Source: Hormiphora californensis
Taxonomy: Eukaryota; Animalia; Ctenophora
Length of the DNA stretch: 64,000 nucleotides
Direction: 5' to 3'
Assembly: GCA_020137815.1 (NCBI GenBank)
Contig: CM035358.1
Span: 2,976,001 to 3,040,000, forward strand
Positions 24,134-42,884 of the stretch are shown here, one piece after another. The translations under genes and the position numbers were made by a program. The stretch's first letter is position 1. Each line of letters opens with the position of its first letter. The notes below the pieces were generated by a model. The model made no database searches and was not told the DNA's origin. It worked only from the letters and a program-made list of their open reading frames with translations.

Positions 24134-26465
24134 ATGGTAGGTTGATCGATATAAGAATTGCAATTCACTTGTTCTACAACATTTCAGATATTTCACCCAT
24201 TTAAATTAAGTTTGAAATTATTAACCCATTTCCCCCTCTCTGCAGTTGTTGTTTATCACTCTACTGTCTACTGCCTTGGCTGGTGAACTCCAGCAAGCCA
24301 CCAAGGACCCCCTGGCCCTCAAGAGCCTGTTTGCCAAGTTCGCTACTGACAATGCCAGGGTCTACTCCAGTCCTCTGGAGGCCAAGCTGAGGCTAAACAT
24401 GTTCCGACGATTTGTCAAGGATGCTGCCAAGTGAGTTTCTCCCTTTTTCCTACCAAACTCCAACCAAACTCCCAACACGTTCCCATTTCATTGGACATTG
24501 ACTTCGTTACACTCTTAGCCATAGTCGGGCCATAGTCCTACCCTACCCTACCTGCCTCTATGGCCTCTATAATGCCCTATCATGATACTCTCTCAACTCC
24601 TACCCAACCTAACCTCTTAATGCCATTCTCCCAGGATTAATACCACCCCAACCTCCCATTCTCCCAGGATTAATACCACCCCAACCTCCCTACCAGGATT
24701 AACGCTGAGCAGGAAGATGTCAAGGTTGGTATCACCTTCTTCGCTGACATGACTGAGGAGGAGAAGGCCATGTACCATGGTGCCAACATGACTAATGTCG
24801 AGGTAATATATGGGGGGTGGGGTACATTTGGGTTGTTGTTACATCCCCCACCTCCCATCAATATCAATTATCATCCCCCTGATCCTAACATCTTCCACCT
24901 CCTAACCTATATAACATCCCCGCCCTACTTGTAGGGAGAGGTTGATGGTGAGATTGTCGCTGACCCAGATGATGGCCTCAAATGGGGCTCCTCCACTATT
25001 TCCTGGAAGAGCAAGTACGGAGGCGTGAAAAGTCAGGGAAGCTGTGCCTCTTGCTGGGCTTTTGGTGCCGCTGGTGTCACCGAGGGATTCCAATCCATCA
25101 AAACTGGCAGGTATTATAGCTGAACCATTACCCCCCCCCCCCCCCCCGATTCCGTGTGACAACCACCAACTCATCCGGCTCCAGCTTTGTCTCTCTCAGT
25201 GACCCCTACCCTGCAGGTATTATCCTGCCCTGTCTGACCCCACCCCACCCTGCAGGTATACTGCCCTATCTGAGCAGCATGTCCTGGACTGTTCTGGTGC
25301 TGGTGATTGCTACAAGGGGGGATACCATCTGAGGGCCCTTAACTGGATCAAGAGTAGGAACCAACTTGCCAGTTCTTCCAACTATCGGTAACACACCACT
25401 TTTAAAATGAAGCATGTTTTTAGGGCTCATTATGTTATTACAGAGGGCCAGAGGTGGGAGCTCATAAGATGTTTCCTCTCGACTAGAGAAGTCGCGGAGA
25501 CGAGGCTACCCCTCAACCTCCCCCCTTTGACTTATACTATTCAACTAGGTATACTGGACGGAAGGGACGGTGCAGTAATGCCAGAAACTCTCTCTCCATC
25601 CGAGTAAACTCTATCTATCAGGTGAGGGGGTGCTTAGAGTCGCTTAGAATTATCTAAAGTCGGATGTTTTGAAGTTGTCACCCCCCTTTTCCTTAGAATT
25701 ATCTAAGCTACATGTTCCCTGTTGTTTGATCTGTAAGAATTAAAACTGCCATGCGGCCATGCCCAAGTTACTGTTATCAACAGTTTGCTAGATTTTCCTA
25801 TGTGTTGTTCTCACAGTTCATCTCTGTTCCTGCAGGCACGAGGGGACAGGAACCTGGCCAGCGCCATTGCCCGAGGCCCCGTTGCCGTCCTGCTCTACAA
25901 CTTCCACGGAGTGGGTGTCGAGGGATACCAGAGTGGATCTCTCTCACCGAAGTTAGTAGATCTCGAATTTATTAGCATATTTCCCATCGTTTAGTTTTGT
26001 TGAATTTCAAAAGGATTTGACCGTTGTTCTCCTCTGTAAATTTAAATTCAGGTTTTCCAGTCAAACCATTTACCTTACCCAAAAACCCCCTCCCAGGAAC
26101 CTTGATTCAAGCATGCCCGGAGCCATGAACCACATTGTCGTTGCTGTGGGGTACACTAGCAGGAACTGGGAGCTCAGAAACAGCTGGGGATCTGGTAAGT
26201 TACATGATTCCATGGTCGTTTCAAAGGATATAAATTATCTCTGGCCTCTGCTAAAGATTCTTACTAGTTTCGGACTCTTTCGGAATTCCCCTGTTTTGAT
26301 ATTCTTATCGTGCCGATTTAGGCTAAATGTCTCTTCACTGCAGGTTGGGGAGAACGTGGTTATTTCTGGTGGAAGAGAAGCACCAACAACAACAGGGGTA
26401 TCAGTGACTACGCCTACACCATGACCGTCTCTTCATCCGGGGAGGAGGTTGAGGTTGAGGAATAA
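24134..26465 (+). CDS. Papain-family (C1A) cysteine protease, cathepsin L-like prepro-enzyme
   Basis: Exons 24134-24136 (ATG only), 24246-24430, 24697-24802, 24935-25110, 25256-25387, 25549-25621, 25836-25951, 26097-26194, 26344-26465. Signal peptide, I29-like prodomain (VGITFFADMTEEE), KSQGSCASCWAF, LSEQHVLDC, NHIVVAVGY, RNSWGSGWGERGY. Catalytic Q/C/H/N are intact. Confidence 0.93.
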
Positions 26466-27284
26466 ATTCGAGATAAACCTCTGTGTTAATGTGATTGTGA
26501 TGGACTGAAATTAGATGACACTTTATTTAAAATCCATTAAAGCTGGGCTAGTTGTTTTAATTCTGCAATTGAAGTGTTTCATTAATTGGTTGGAAGGGGG
26601 GGGGGGGGCGACATGTTAATTGTTAATAAATCACCTCTTTTTTTCGATTTTGTTAATTAACGTTAATTAACAAAATTAACAAAGTTAACAAATCAGCAAA
26701 AACTGTTCTTATTGGTTGATAATTGGTTTAATTTTATAGTTTAATGACTTTTCTAATAATAATAATAATAATAATATCTAGACTTGTATCCTGCCCAGAT
26801 CCCCCAGGGACAGCATAGCATAGCTAATACTGCCACTGAGGGATAATCAGAGCAGTTTACTCACACACTCAACCAAAATTAGATTCAAAAACGGTGGTAA
26901 AAACCAAATTAACCTGCTCTCATGAGATGGAAGAAATACAATCGGATTCATAACAGACATAAATGGTAAGAAGACAAAAAATATAGCTTCAAAAAATATC
27001 CTCTACAACCTTTACACCTCTCCAAAAAACTTTATCAGATCAAAAAAGGTTCAGATAAATCTCTGAACCACCCTCAACACAGACATCGCCCAGGAAAAAG
27101 CGGAAACTGAACACTGAATAAAAATAGTATTACACACTCAGACACTCGTGCTTCAAACCCAAAAAGATGTGCTAGAAAAACTTGTCACGAGGGACACACA
27201 GTACAAACACACGTCTTACCTGATAGACAGTACAGCGAGTGATAGGATAGCGATAGGGGAAATCCGGAAAGAGGAAAGACACAA

Positions 27285-30245
27285 CTAGTCAGCCCCAAAG
27301 GATTCCACGAACAGTCTTGTCTTGAGACGGGTCTTAAACGATTCCACAGTGGTCAACGACCTCAGATCGAGGGGGAGGGCATTCCAAAGGTCCGGTAGGA
27401 GAACTGACGGTCTCCTCTTCCTCAGTTTAGAACTGGCATTCACACTCGACAGTTTGGGGTACCGGAGCTTAAAGAGATCGGGCACAGTAGTCGCTCTGGT
27501 CCGGCGGGGTACATCCAGTACATTGTCCGCAGGTATTTGCTCACAGAGGTAGTCTGGAGCACTTCCATGTATGATCTTGTAGGCCATAAGACAAGATTTG
27601 AAGACAACACGTTGCTCAATAGGGAGAATGTGAGTCTCTCTCAGGTAGGGCAGGTAATCATCTTGATGACCATGCAGTCCATAGATGAACCTAACACAGG
27701 AATTGAGCACCTTCTGAAGGCGGGCAATGAGCTTCTTTGGAAGTCCTCCATAAAGGATATTACAATAATCCAGACGGGAGATAACAAGCTGCTTCACCAA
27801 GAGAACTTTGGTGGAGAAGTCCAGACAACGATTGACCTGCCATAAATTCTTTAACAGCATTCCACAATGTTTTCTCACACTGTTCACCTGACGCTCCAAA
27901 GTCAAGTTTTCATCCATGTAAATACCCAGAGTCTTGCCCGAAGTACCCTTGAAGTCAATAGGACCGATATCCACATCTCCAAACCTAACCGACGGTTCAA
28001 AAGTAAGCTTATCGATAGCACTACTTTTACCCAGGATGAGAAGTTCCGTCTTCGACTCATTGCATTTCAACCAGTGCTTGACCATCCATGCCTTGAGGCG
28101 ATCAAGACATTCCTCAACATTCCTCTTCGTTCCTTTCCATTGGTCTTCATCACAGGGAACCAGACTCACATAAATCTGTGAGTCGTCTGCATATAGCTTA
28201 ATTTTAAGCCCATATGCACGCACCAGATCCTGAAGTTCCTCCACATAGAGAAGAAACAAGACTGGACCAAGGAGGGATCCTTGGGGTACCCCACATATCA
28301 AATAAATCATCCTTGATAGTTCTCCTCGCACGTTCACTCTGAAATTCCTCGATCCAAGATAACTGATAAACCACTGAAGGGCTGCTCCTCTTACTCCAAA
28401 CCTCCTACTCAGAACGTCCACAAGCTTAGAATGATCCACAGTGTCAAAGGCAGCCGACATATCCAAAAGAAGAAGGGCAACAACATTGCCCTTGTCCATT
28501 TCCTGTAAAAGGTCATCAAACATTCCCATAAGTAGAGTCTCGCAACTATGGCCTACCCTGTACCCCGACTGGTGAGGGTTCAGTAAGTCATTCTCCTGAA
28601 GGAACTCGTTGAGCTGGTCAAGTACCACCTTCTCAAGAACTTTTGAGATAAATGGTAGGTTCGATACCGGGCGATAGTTAGATAGGCTGTCCCTATCCCC
28701 ATTAGGGTTCTTAATGGTGGGAAAAACAAAGGCTTGCTGAAACGTCTCTGGAACAACAGCTTTGCGAAGAGAGGAGTTAATAACTCTTGTAAACAGAGGA
28801 GCAAAAACTTCGATACACTCTTTAATCATCCACGTTGGTATCAGGTCCAGATCACACGTCTTATCCGCCATATCCTTCACTATCCTCTTAATCTCCTCAC
28901 AAGAGACTTCCCTGAATTCCTCGAACGTACAATTCCTAACCGAGTCCTCAAGAGATTCCACATCCTCATAAGCATGCTCCTCTGCAGTAACAGAATTTCT
29001 GATTTTCTCAACTTTACCAGTAAAGAAGTCCGCAAAATCCTCAGCAAGTTTACGATCACATCCTGTTTCAGGTAGTACTACCTCACTTTTTCCCAGCAGT
29101 CGGTTGAGTTTCCTCTGTAGGCCATTGGAGTCCCCTTTAGATTCTTCGAGATCTGCTTTGACGTAGTTAATCCTCGCTTCCTTGTCAACTTTTCCAAACA
29201 TCTTCTTCATAGCATTGTACTGCTTCTTCGTGATGGGGGTTTTATTACCCTCCCACGCCCTCTCAGCACACCGACGGAGTCTAAGTGCCTGTCTGACCTC
29301 CTCATTGTCTCTCCACGGGCGAAGCTTCTTAACTTTCTTTCTCCTCCTCAATGGGACAGTAGTATCCACTAATTCCTCTAGTTCTCGCTCATAGATCTCA
29401 AAGTTCTCTTCAGGGGAGTCCTCCAGCATACGATCCTCAAGATTCAGTCCTCTAACGGCTTTAGTAAACAAAACTGGGTCCACTGATTTGAAGTCTCTGT
29501 AGGTATTGACACGATTTCGGTCCTGCATGTTGCCATGCCTGGTTTCCAGGGAAACCTCACTCAAGACTAGGAAATGATCGGATTCAGTCCCATCAGGGTA
29601 AATCTCCAAGGATTTGACTTTTTCCTCCACTTCCTTCGGGCAAACCACTAGATCAAGTGTACCTCCACGATTGTGGGTAGGCTGCCTAGGAACAAGCTGA
29701 GAAAATTCCAGAGAGTCCAGGAGTTCAGCTAGCTTTCTGGTGTAGAAATTTTTCCCATCCTGCCACTGGAAATTAAAATCACCCATGATCAGAGGAAGAC
29801 CTGTTTTTGACACCAGTTCAGAGAGATAATCCGCGAATTCATCCAGGAACTTCGCCTCAGTAAACCGAGCTTTACCCGTATAGGGGGGTCTGTAAATGTT
29901 ACATAACCGAGTGAGATCGGCACCGTCCCCAATTAAAACCTCCTGTATCTGAAAAGACACAAAATTCCGAACAGGTGACAGCCTGACCTTCACTCCATCC
30001 CGGTAGAGAATACCAATTCCTCCTCCCGCTCTCTCCGCTCTTGGTGATGAAAAGATATTCCAGCCATAATCTCGTATCTCCTGAAGTTTAGCTGTATCCG
30101 TATTCTTTAGGTATGTTTCCTGAATTAGACATATATCACATTTCTTATCCTCAAGATGTGTAATGACCCCAGACGTTTTGTTCTGAATGGAGTGTACATT
30201 TAATGTACCGATCCTCCACGTCTCTTTACTTTCAGATCTTCCCAC
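27285..30245 (-). CDS. LINE ORF2: APE endonuclease + reverse transcriptase
   Basis: EN motifs LNVHSI, IQET, IYRPP, GDFN, TLDLV, SDH. RT motifs NYRPVSNL, LDMSAAFDTV, GVPQGSLLGP, YADD. L2-type C-terminus SRLDYCN...APDYL. No stops over 986 codons. Confidence 0.96.
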   Translation of the reverse strand: MGRSESKETWRIGTLNVHSIQNKTSGVITHLEDKKCDICLIQETYLKNTDTAKLQEIRDYGWNIFSSPRAERAGGGIGILYRDGVKVRLSPVRNFVSFQIQEVLIGDGADLTRLCNIYRPPYTGKARFTEAKFLDEFADYLSELVSKTGLPLIMGDFNFQWQDGKNFYTRKLAELLDSLEFSQLVPRQPTHNRGGTLDLVVCPKEVEEKVKSLEIYPDGTESDHFLVLSEVSLETRHGNMQDRNRVNTYRDFKSVDPVLFTKAVRGLNLEDRMLEDSPEENFEIYERELEELVDTTVPLRRRKKVKKLRPWRDNEEVRQALRLRRCAERAWEGNKTPITKKQYNAMKKMFGKVDKEARINYVKADLEESKGDSNGLQRKLNRLLGKSEVVLPETGCDRKLAEDFADFFTGKVEKIRNSVTAEEHAYEDVESLEDSVRNCTFEEFREVSCEEIKRIVKDMADKTCDLDLIPTWMIKECIEVFAPLFTRVINSSLRKAVVPETFQQAFVFPTIKNPNGDRDSLSNYRPVSNLPFISKVLEKVVLDQLNEFLQENDLLNPHQSGYRVGHSCETLLMGMFDDLLQEMDKGNVVALLLLDMSAAFDTVDHSKLVDVLSRRFGVRGAALQWFISYLGSRNFRVNVRGELSRMIYLICGVPQGSLLGPVLFLLYVEELQDLVRAYGLKIKLYADDSQIYVSLVPCDEDQWKGTKRNVEECLDRLKAWMVKHWLKCNESKTELLILGKSSAIDKLTFEPSVRFGDVDIGPIDFKGTSGKTLGIYMDENLTLERQVNSVRKHCGMLLKNLWQVNRCLDFSTKVLLVKQLVISRLDYCNILYGGLPKKLIARLQKVLNSCVRFIYGLHGHQDDYLPYLRETHILPIEQRVVFKSCLMAYKIIHGSAPDYLCEQIPADNVLDVPRRTRATTVPDLFKLRYPKLSSVNASSKLRKRRPSVLLPDLWNALPLDLRSLTTVESFKTRLKTRLFVESFGAD

Positions 30246-30780
30246 GCCCTCGTCAGATAGGAGTTTTTTCGCTCCTTTGTGACTCCACTTGTGTTCTCCA
30301 TGAGTCGTCCTCTAGCATTCACATAATGCGGACACAAGTTGCTTGATGCTGGGTGAGATTTCGCATATCTCTTATCCTCTTTGCTACCTCCAACATCACA
30401 GTTGACACACTTCATTCTACCAAGATCATTGTCCTTCTTCGCATTACACTGTCTGGTGTCATGGTCCCCTGAACAGAATGCACAGGTGGGACTCTTATCT
30501 TTGTTAGGACAGTAAACGGATCCTGCAACATGTCCATATCGCTGACAATGGAAGCATTGTGTCACATAGAATCTGTCCTTCACAATATGCTGTCGTAGTT
30601 TCAGGAAAATCCTGTCTCGGTTGTTGGCAATCATTGTCCGAATTTCGGGTGCAACCTTGATCACTGCATACTTCCCTGGGATATTGACATGTACAACATT
30701 GATCGCCTGCCCTGCCTGATGTAGCCTCTTAACACATATAAACCCAAACAAGGCCTCTTCCGATAACCAAAGTCCGACAT
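30200..30780 (-). CDS. LINE ORF1 C-terminal part with gag-like CCHC zinc knuckles
   Basis: CFHCQRYGH...C, CAFCSGDH...C, CVNC...H...C. Stop at 30200. 5'-truncated. Confidence 0.85.
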
Positions 30781-30826
30781 ACATGTTTTTTGGCTCAAAA
30801 TCGATAAAATCCAAAAGTTACAAATA

Positions 30827-30998
30827 CAGTCGGACCCCGATTTACCGGGCCCCGATTTACCGGAACCCCGATTTACCGGGAGCATAATCTTCCCCCGAAA
30901 TAGGAATTTAACAGTATTTTACCGCGATATACCGGGCACCCCGATTTACCGGGCAAAACCCTTTCCCCCGAGCATCCCGGTAAATCGGGGTCCGACTG
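30827..30998. mobile_element. Tc1/mariner-type MITE (TIR CAGTCGGACCCCG, TA TSD)
   Basis: TA|CAGTCGGACCCCGATTTACCGGG ... CCCGGTAAATCGGGGTCCGACTG|TA, with internal CCCGATTTACCGG repeats. Confidence 0.9.
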
Positions 30999-32169
30999 TA
31001 TTTCAATTTAGCGTATAAAATCTCACTTTAACGTGATTTTTTCATCGATAATCGATTCTTTGAACGAAAGAAGATGGTGTACAACGTTTCTGTCGGAAAA
31101 AGAAACAAAATATTTCCAAAATCAATTTTTTGGTCAAAAATTGAAAATTTGCTTCGCTACAAATCCTTGTGTTTTTTTAGAAAAATTGATTTTTGGGATA
31201 TTTTTGTTTTATGGTAAATTCATGAGTCTCAATTAGTTTTTAGGGTTTAAAAAAGGTGGATTAGGGTCAATTGACTTCAATTGCGGTTTAGTTTGGCTAG
31301 TTTTTATTAAAATTTACACAATGGAACAAATCGCTGTAGAAAAGCCGTAGTAGAGGTTAGTAGGAGTGTGCAAATCGTGCAAAAGGAACAACTTTGCTCG
31401 CAGAACAAGTGTTAAATACCAAAAACACGCACTAAAGGTGATTTAGATGGCATAAATGGCATTTGTTAACGTTTGTTAACTTTTTGTTAATTTTGTTAAT
31501 AAATCACCTGTTTTCTCGATGTTAATATTAACAAAGTTAACAAAATTAACATGTCGTACCCCCCGTTGGAAGGATTGCTCATGGAAAAATGGACCGGCGT
31601 TCATGATCGAGTGCAAAGTGTGGCAGTCAATCGGCTGACGCTGTAATTTATAAACTACACTGCGTCTAGTGAAATTTTAACGCGCGCGCGCGTCTTCAAA
31701 ATCTTAAATCTTCAAAATAAAAAATGGTCTCAAAAACACGACGTTTTTAAAAACGAAACGGGGTTTTTTCCCTCGTTTTTAAACTCGAGAGCCCTCTCTC
31801 GCACGGGCAATAGTCCTAGAGGATCAGAGGAGTTAGTTGCAAATATGTTTCACATCATAGGGTAACTGCTCCAAAATCAAGACTTAAACATTGTAAAAAA
31901 AGAAGGCAGAGATCCAGGGACGTCGCTCAATTCAATCACACATTTGACTGAATTAAGCACTGCACAGCGGCGAAAAATGTTGCTGAAAATAGTAAATTAC
32001 CAATCAATCACCATCTCAGGGGGATGGGGATTGTAAATCCCAACCTGTCCCACAGGCCACAATCACTCAAAAGTCAAAATACAAATACAAATACAATTAA
32101 CGTTTATATTCCGCTTTGGGGCTAAATAAATGCTAACACTAATCAGCTGATCGGAACAGCTTCCTCCCA

Positions 32170-32450
32170 GTATTAACTAGCCTTCTAAAACGGCACCTAT
32201 AGGATTTAAGATCCTTGGAAGTCTAATAAGTAACGTCGATAGTCGATATTAGATAATGATATAAAAATAAATATAATGTATTAATAAATTATAGAAAAGT
32301 TTTAAATAAATTATAGAAAAGTATTAACTAGCCTTCTAAAACGGCACCTGTAGGATTTAAGATCCTTGAAAGTCTAATAAGTAACGTCGATAGTCGGTAT
32401 TAGATAATGATATGAAATTAAATATGTATTAATAAATTATAGAAAAGTAA
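32170..32450. repeat. Tandem duplication of ~150 bp
   Basis: AGTATTAACTAGCCTTCTAAAACGGCACCT...ATAAATTATAGAAAAGT at ~32170 and ~32320. Confidence 0.85.
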
Positions 32451-33505
32451 TTCTACTTGTGATATAATCAAATGATAATTAATTACTTGATTAACTGATA
32501 AGATGATTAATAAATAAAAACTGTGGTATTAGTTAAGTTAAGTAATACGGAGTAAGAATACTGTTGAATAAGTTAGAAAAGTATTACTTAATCAAGTTAA
32601 TACGGAGTAGGAATATGTACTATAACGATATAAATAAGATATATTTAAGTTGATAAGTTAATGTCTAAGTAGATGTAATAATAGAATAATAGCTAAGTAG
32701 ATATACAGTCGGACCCCGATTTAGGGACACCCTCGGGGGAAAGGCTCTTGTCAATCGTGACTCGTGAGTCGTGACGAAGCACCACAACTCATTCTCCAAT
32801 ATGGAACACTGCACACTACCTAGTGAAGTGAACTAAGCGGCCGACCTGTGAGGAACTGCTGCCTATAATAGTAATACACGAAGACGATGAATAACGTTCA
32901 AAAATTATAGGGGTCCCTAAATAAAGTTCAGTCTTTACACAGCCTTTACACCAACTTTAAACTAACTTACACACTTACAATGTATAGAGCGGTGCGTGTT
33001 GCACGTTTTGACTTTTTTCAAGAAAATTTCGAATTGCGTGCCACACACTTGTAACTGTAACATAAACTGCGGTTATAAAAGGAGTAGAGTCAAAGACGCT
33101 GCAAAAGGGATAGGAGCAGTACAGTCTTTACAAATAAAGCCGTTACACCAGCATGCACGGCTCTGTGTGTAATGACTGTGTGAAGACTGCAATTTTTAGG
33201 ACCATACGAATATATCTTCTTTTGACTTTAATTCGAGACTCGAGCTGACATTTAAACAGGAGATAACCACTGATATTCGATGTCACATTCTTTCTTTGGA
33301 TTATCAGAACATAACATACTTTTCTTAGCAAAAAGGATGGTGTAAAAAGTGATATTTTATTTTAAAGGTTTACTATTGGAATGCTCCGAAGGGTAGGTTG
33401 CTTTTTGTCAAAAAATCCCACTTTTATCTAATCATTCCTCTGCTTGCAACACCTGTTCTTCCTCTATTTCTACAATAAAAAACCTGATCTTCTTTTACTT
33501 TCCAG

Positions 33506-39868
<6,363 letters not shown>

Positions 39869-40019
39869 AAATAATGATCTAATTGAATCTAGGAGTTTTA
39901 TCTAAAAGCTGAACACAGGGGATCGTACTCTGGGGTTCTGTACAGCTGTTTGGACTTGTTGTTTGACAGGATTTAATATTTGTACACAGCATTTCGTTTA
40001 TATGATGAGAAAGAGAGAG

Positions 40020-40115
<96 letters not shown>

Positions 40116-41191
40116 CTGAGCAAGTTTGATTTTAAGTTATTCTACTTAGTGTTATGTTGTGTATGTAATGTTATGTTATATATTTGGAGTTTCAATCGTT
40201 ATTTTGAAATACCGTGTGTGTGTAACATCCTCCCTGATTTTAATTGTCACGTGACCCATAGAGCTGTGGAGGTACCATTACACCAACATCAAATAGAGAA
40301 AGTTCTGATATTTTTCATGCGGTTGAGGCTCTTTCGATATACCTAATGGTCACAGTTGCGTAGACGTTAAAAGATCTTGTCTAGCATGGATACGTTTTTT
40401 TAAGATCTTTTTTAGTCTAGGCATAGCCTCATTTCCTGACATGATATGACGTAAAAAGATAATGTCAATTCACAATTGTCAGGCATCACCCCAGAACAAA
40501 AACATGTTAACATCCCCCTCCCGGCTCACTCTGAATATTTTCTAGCTCAACTCGACATGTCTGGAAGGCGCAGGGACACAAGATCAGATGAGTGCGCGCA
40601 GCACAGAATGCGTCAGACCGCGCACTCATCGAAGGTCCATGGCTCCGGAAGACAACAATTTAATTGGGTGAAATTGGTTTGTTTTGGAGAGTGGACACGG
40701 ACCCGAATAAGAGTGGAATTATTATAGGTGAGTAGATATTACACAATTTTATTGTTAAAGATTTTATTTACAACTCACTAGTGATCACATTATAATGATC
40801 ACGGACATTTTGATTAATTCACTCATTAGCGGCCACAATTATTTATATCCAAAGTTATAGAGTCTCCAGTCCTATCTTGTTTGGAAAAGTTTGACTCGCT
40901 AGGCAAGGGTTGCTCTTGACTAACGAAGCCAGAAGGTTGACAAACGGTCTTTTTCATAGTCTAACAGTAACTCTAAACTGCTCAAAACACCGATGGAAGT
41001 TTAAGGGGAACACGGGAAAGTTAAGCTGTTTAGAGGACCCTGTCCTATTGTTCATGACAGCTATTTACCAGCGTTAGACTCTACAGCGTTGCGGGGTTTA
41101 GGACATTGTCTCAGTGTCTCACTAAACAAGACCCACCCTTGTTGTTCAAGTATTCAAGTAGTACTTCTCCTCCCTGGGTCCCTGTCTCATG

Positions 41192-42028
41192 TTATTCCCT
41201 GATATAGTGTCCCAGCATAAAGTAACAGTTGGGGCATGTATGAATCGCGTCCTTAGTCTCTTTCATAGCGAAGGGGAGCAGACAACAACCAAAGATACAT
41301 CTGAAATTAGTTGGAATTAGTTGGAAAGCGATAAGCTGGAGCGAGTAAGAAACAGAGACTTACTTTCCTAGACAGAGGGGTTAAACTAGAAAATATTAGT
41401 TTTGTGTTCGGGGTTGCATGGTTTTACATGTTCTCTGGGCCCCTGTTATCTGTATTTACAGAGCGGTCTAAAAAGCTCCAGAACAAACAATTTCTACTGC
41501 TAATCCACTAACCCGGTCATTGCGATTATAGTACATGTCAGCCAGGTGGTATAGCCACTCTCGTAGTGTACAGTGGTGTGTACGTTTCTATGACAACGTA
41601 CACAGTACACAGGCACACTCTCACTCCCAAAGGTACAGAGATAGGGCATCATGAACCGTTCACTTCCCTACAGGGAGTATGGGAGTTATTGGGATTCCTG
41701 GTATATTAATCCATCCGTCTGATCCGGTAAATCGGGGGACAGGATCAGTCATCAGTTGTTCTATATTCAGTATGCTTCTCAGTGGGTAGTGAGTAGCCAA
41801 CATTTTGTTTCTATCACTTATTTCACTTACATCGTATTCGGGTAACTCCACCTTGTTGGCCTCTGGGTTTGCATAGATATCCCCATACTTAGGGGGTGGA
41901 GTGGTTGCTCTTGGGTCAGCTGAAGAGGGTACTGGTGTTGATGATGATGATGGTGATGGTATTATTCTCTCCCGATCTGTGCCCGCCCTCCGCCGGAGGG
42001 TCACTGGTTCATCCGTCGGAAACCTCAT
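41192..42028 (-). CDS. LITAF: LITAF-domain (membrane-associated zinc ribbon) protein
   Basis: Exons 42028-41831, 41667-41513, 41300-41192. Pro-rich N-terminus with PPKY and LPEY motifs. CVRC...TTWLTCTIIAMTGCIFGCCLLPF...KDAIHTCPNC...LGHY. Confidence 0.9.
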
Positions 42029-42884
42029 GTTATTTCTGTTTCATGACAATATATGCTTCCCCTCTCTCTCGTGCTTCTTCTGGTAGTTTTGACGATTTCT
42101 TGTCTGGCGTCTGCTAGGTGGGTCAATTGTCAGTTGAGAAAGGACGTATGTAGTTCTAATTCTAGGTTCTGAAAGTTCAAAGCACCAATAACATATTATT
42201 ACACAATAGATCACAACATAACAACTATAATACTAACCATCCGACACACACGCACGAATATTGCTGCATAGACTACACACTCCGATCTAGACGACTGTGT
42301 ATCTATTTCTCTTTCATACTTCTCTCACTTTGCTTACAAAACATGTCCTGAAATAAGTACTTTAAATAATCTGATAGAAATGATAAAGTAGTCACCCATA
42401 CTGACACTCAAAGTGAAAACTGCATCATAACGTCATGTGAAAAATGAAGTTCTGCAATAAAGAATGTTATGGGATTTTGATCAAGAAAAATGATCACCTC
42501 ATCTTTCGGTAAAGAAAACTCCATCCCTACCTCTGTATATTGGCATGTTTAATAAACATTGTTTATTCATGATATTGACATGTTTATTCATGTTATTGAT
42601 CCCCAATCTTCCAATTCACCCTTTCAGATTTATGCCAAACTGTGTGCTAACAACATCTCGTGGCACATCTCTCAACTGGTGACACTGACATCTGTAGAGC
42701 TGTTGAGACCCCTGACTGTCAAAGTTGTCAAACCCAACGATTGACCACCGCGACGACGGTAATTCAGTTTTCACAGATTAACGTCGTCTCAATCCGTGTA
42801 CACGGCACCTTTTTTACAGAATTGTCTGCCCCATGCACTAGTTGGCACGTCCCTTGTACCTTCACCTCTAAACCAATCAGAATG

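Larger units (their letters stand above)
26755..30780 (-). mobile_element. 5'-truncated L2-group (CR1/L2/Crack-like) LINE with zinc-knuckle ORF1, intact ORF2 and (ATT)n tail
   Basis: Partial ORF1, ORF2 and a ~530-bp 3' UTR ending in GAT(ATT)n at 26755-26778. Confidence 0.93.
26597..31564. mobile_element. Non-autonomous TIR DNA transposon (G-rich ends, 8-9-bp TSD) hosting a LINE and a MITE
   Basis: Ends GGGG...CGACATGTTAATT and AATTAACATGTCGTACCCCCC, with subterminal GTTAAC/TTAACAAA repeats. TSD GTTGGAAG at 26589-26596 and 31565-31572. Confidence 0.85.

Noticed and set aside
27322-29394. Plus-strand ORFs overlapping the LINE
   Set aside because: Antisense shadows of ORF2 with no motifs.
30120-30202. 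TAAATG stop-start at the ORF1 end as the ORF2 initiation site
   Set aside because: That ATG is in the ORF1 frame and closes after about 25 codons; it is not in the ORF2 frame.
30781-30885. N-terminal extension of LINE ORF1 (MDFIDF...) and ORF 30661-30885
   Set aside because: These run into the host TIR element and MITE; chance open frames beyond the truncation point.
41668-41830. C-terminal part of ORF 41660-42028 as coding
   Set aside because: Bounded by GAT|gtaagt and ctgtag|GGA; it is the LITAF intron.
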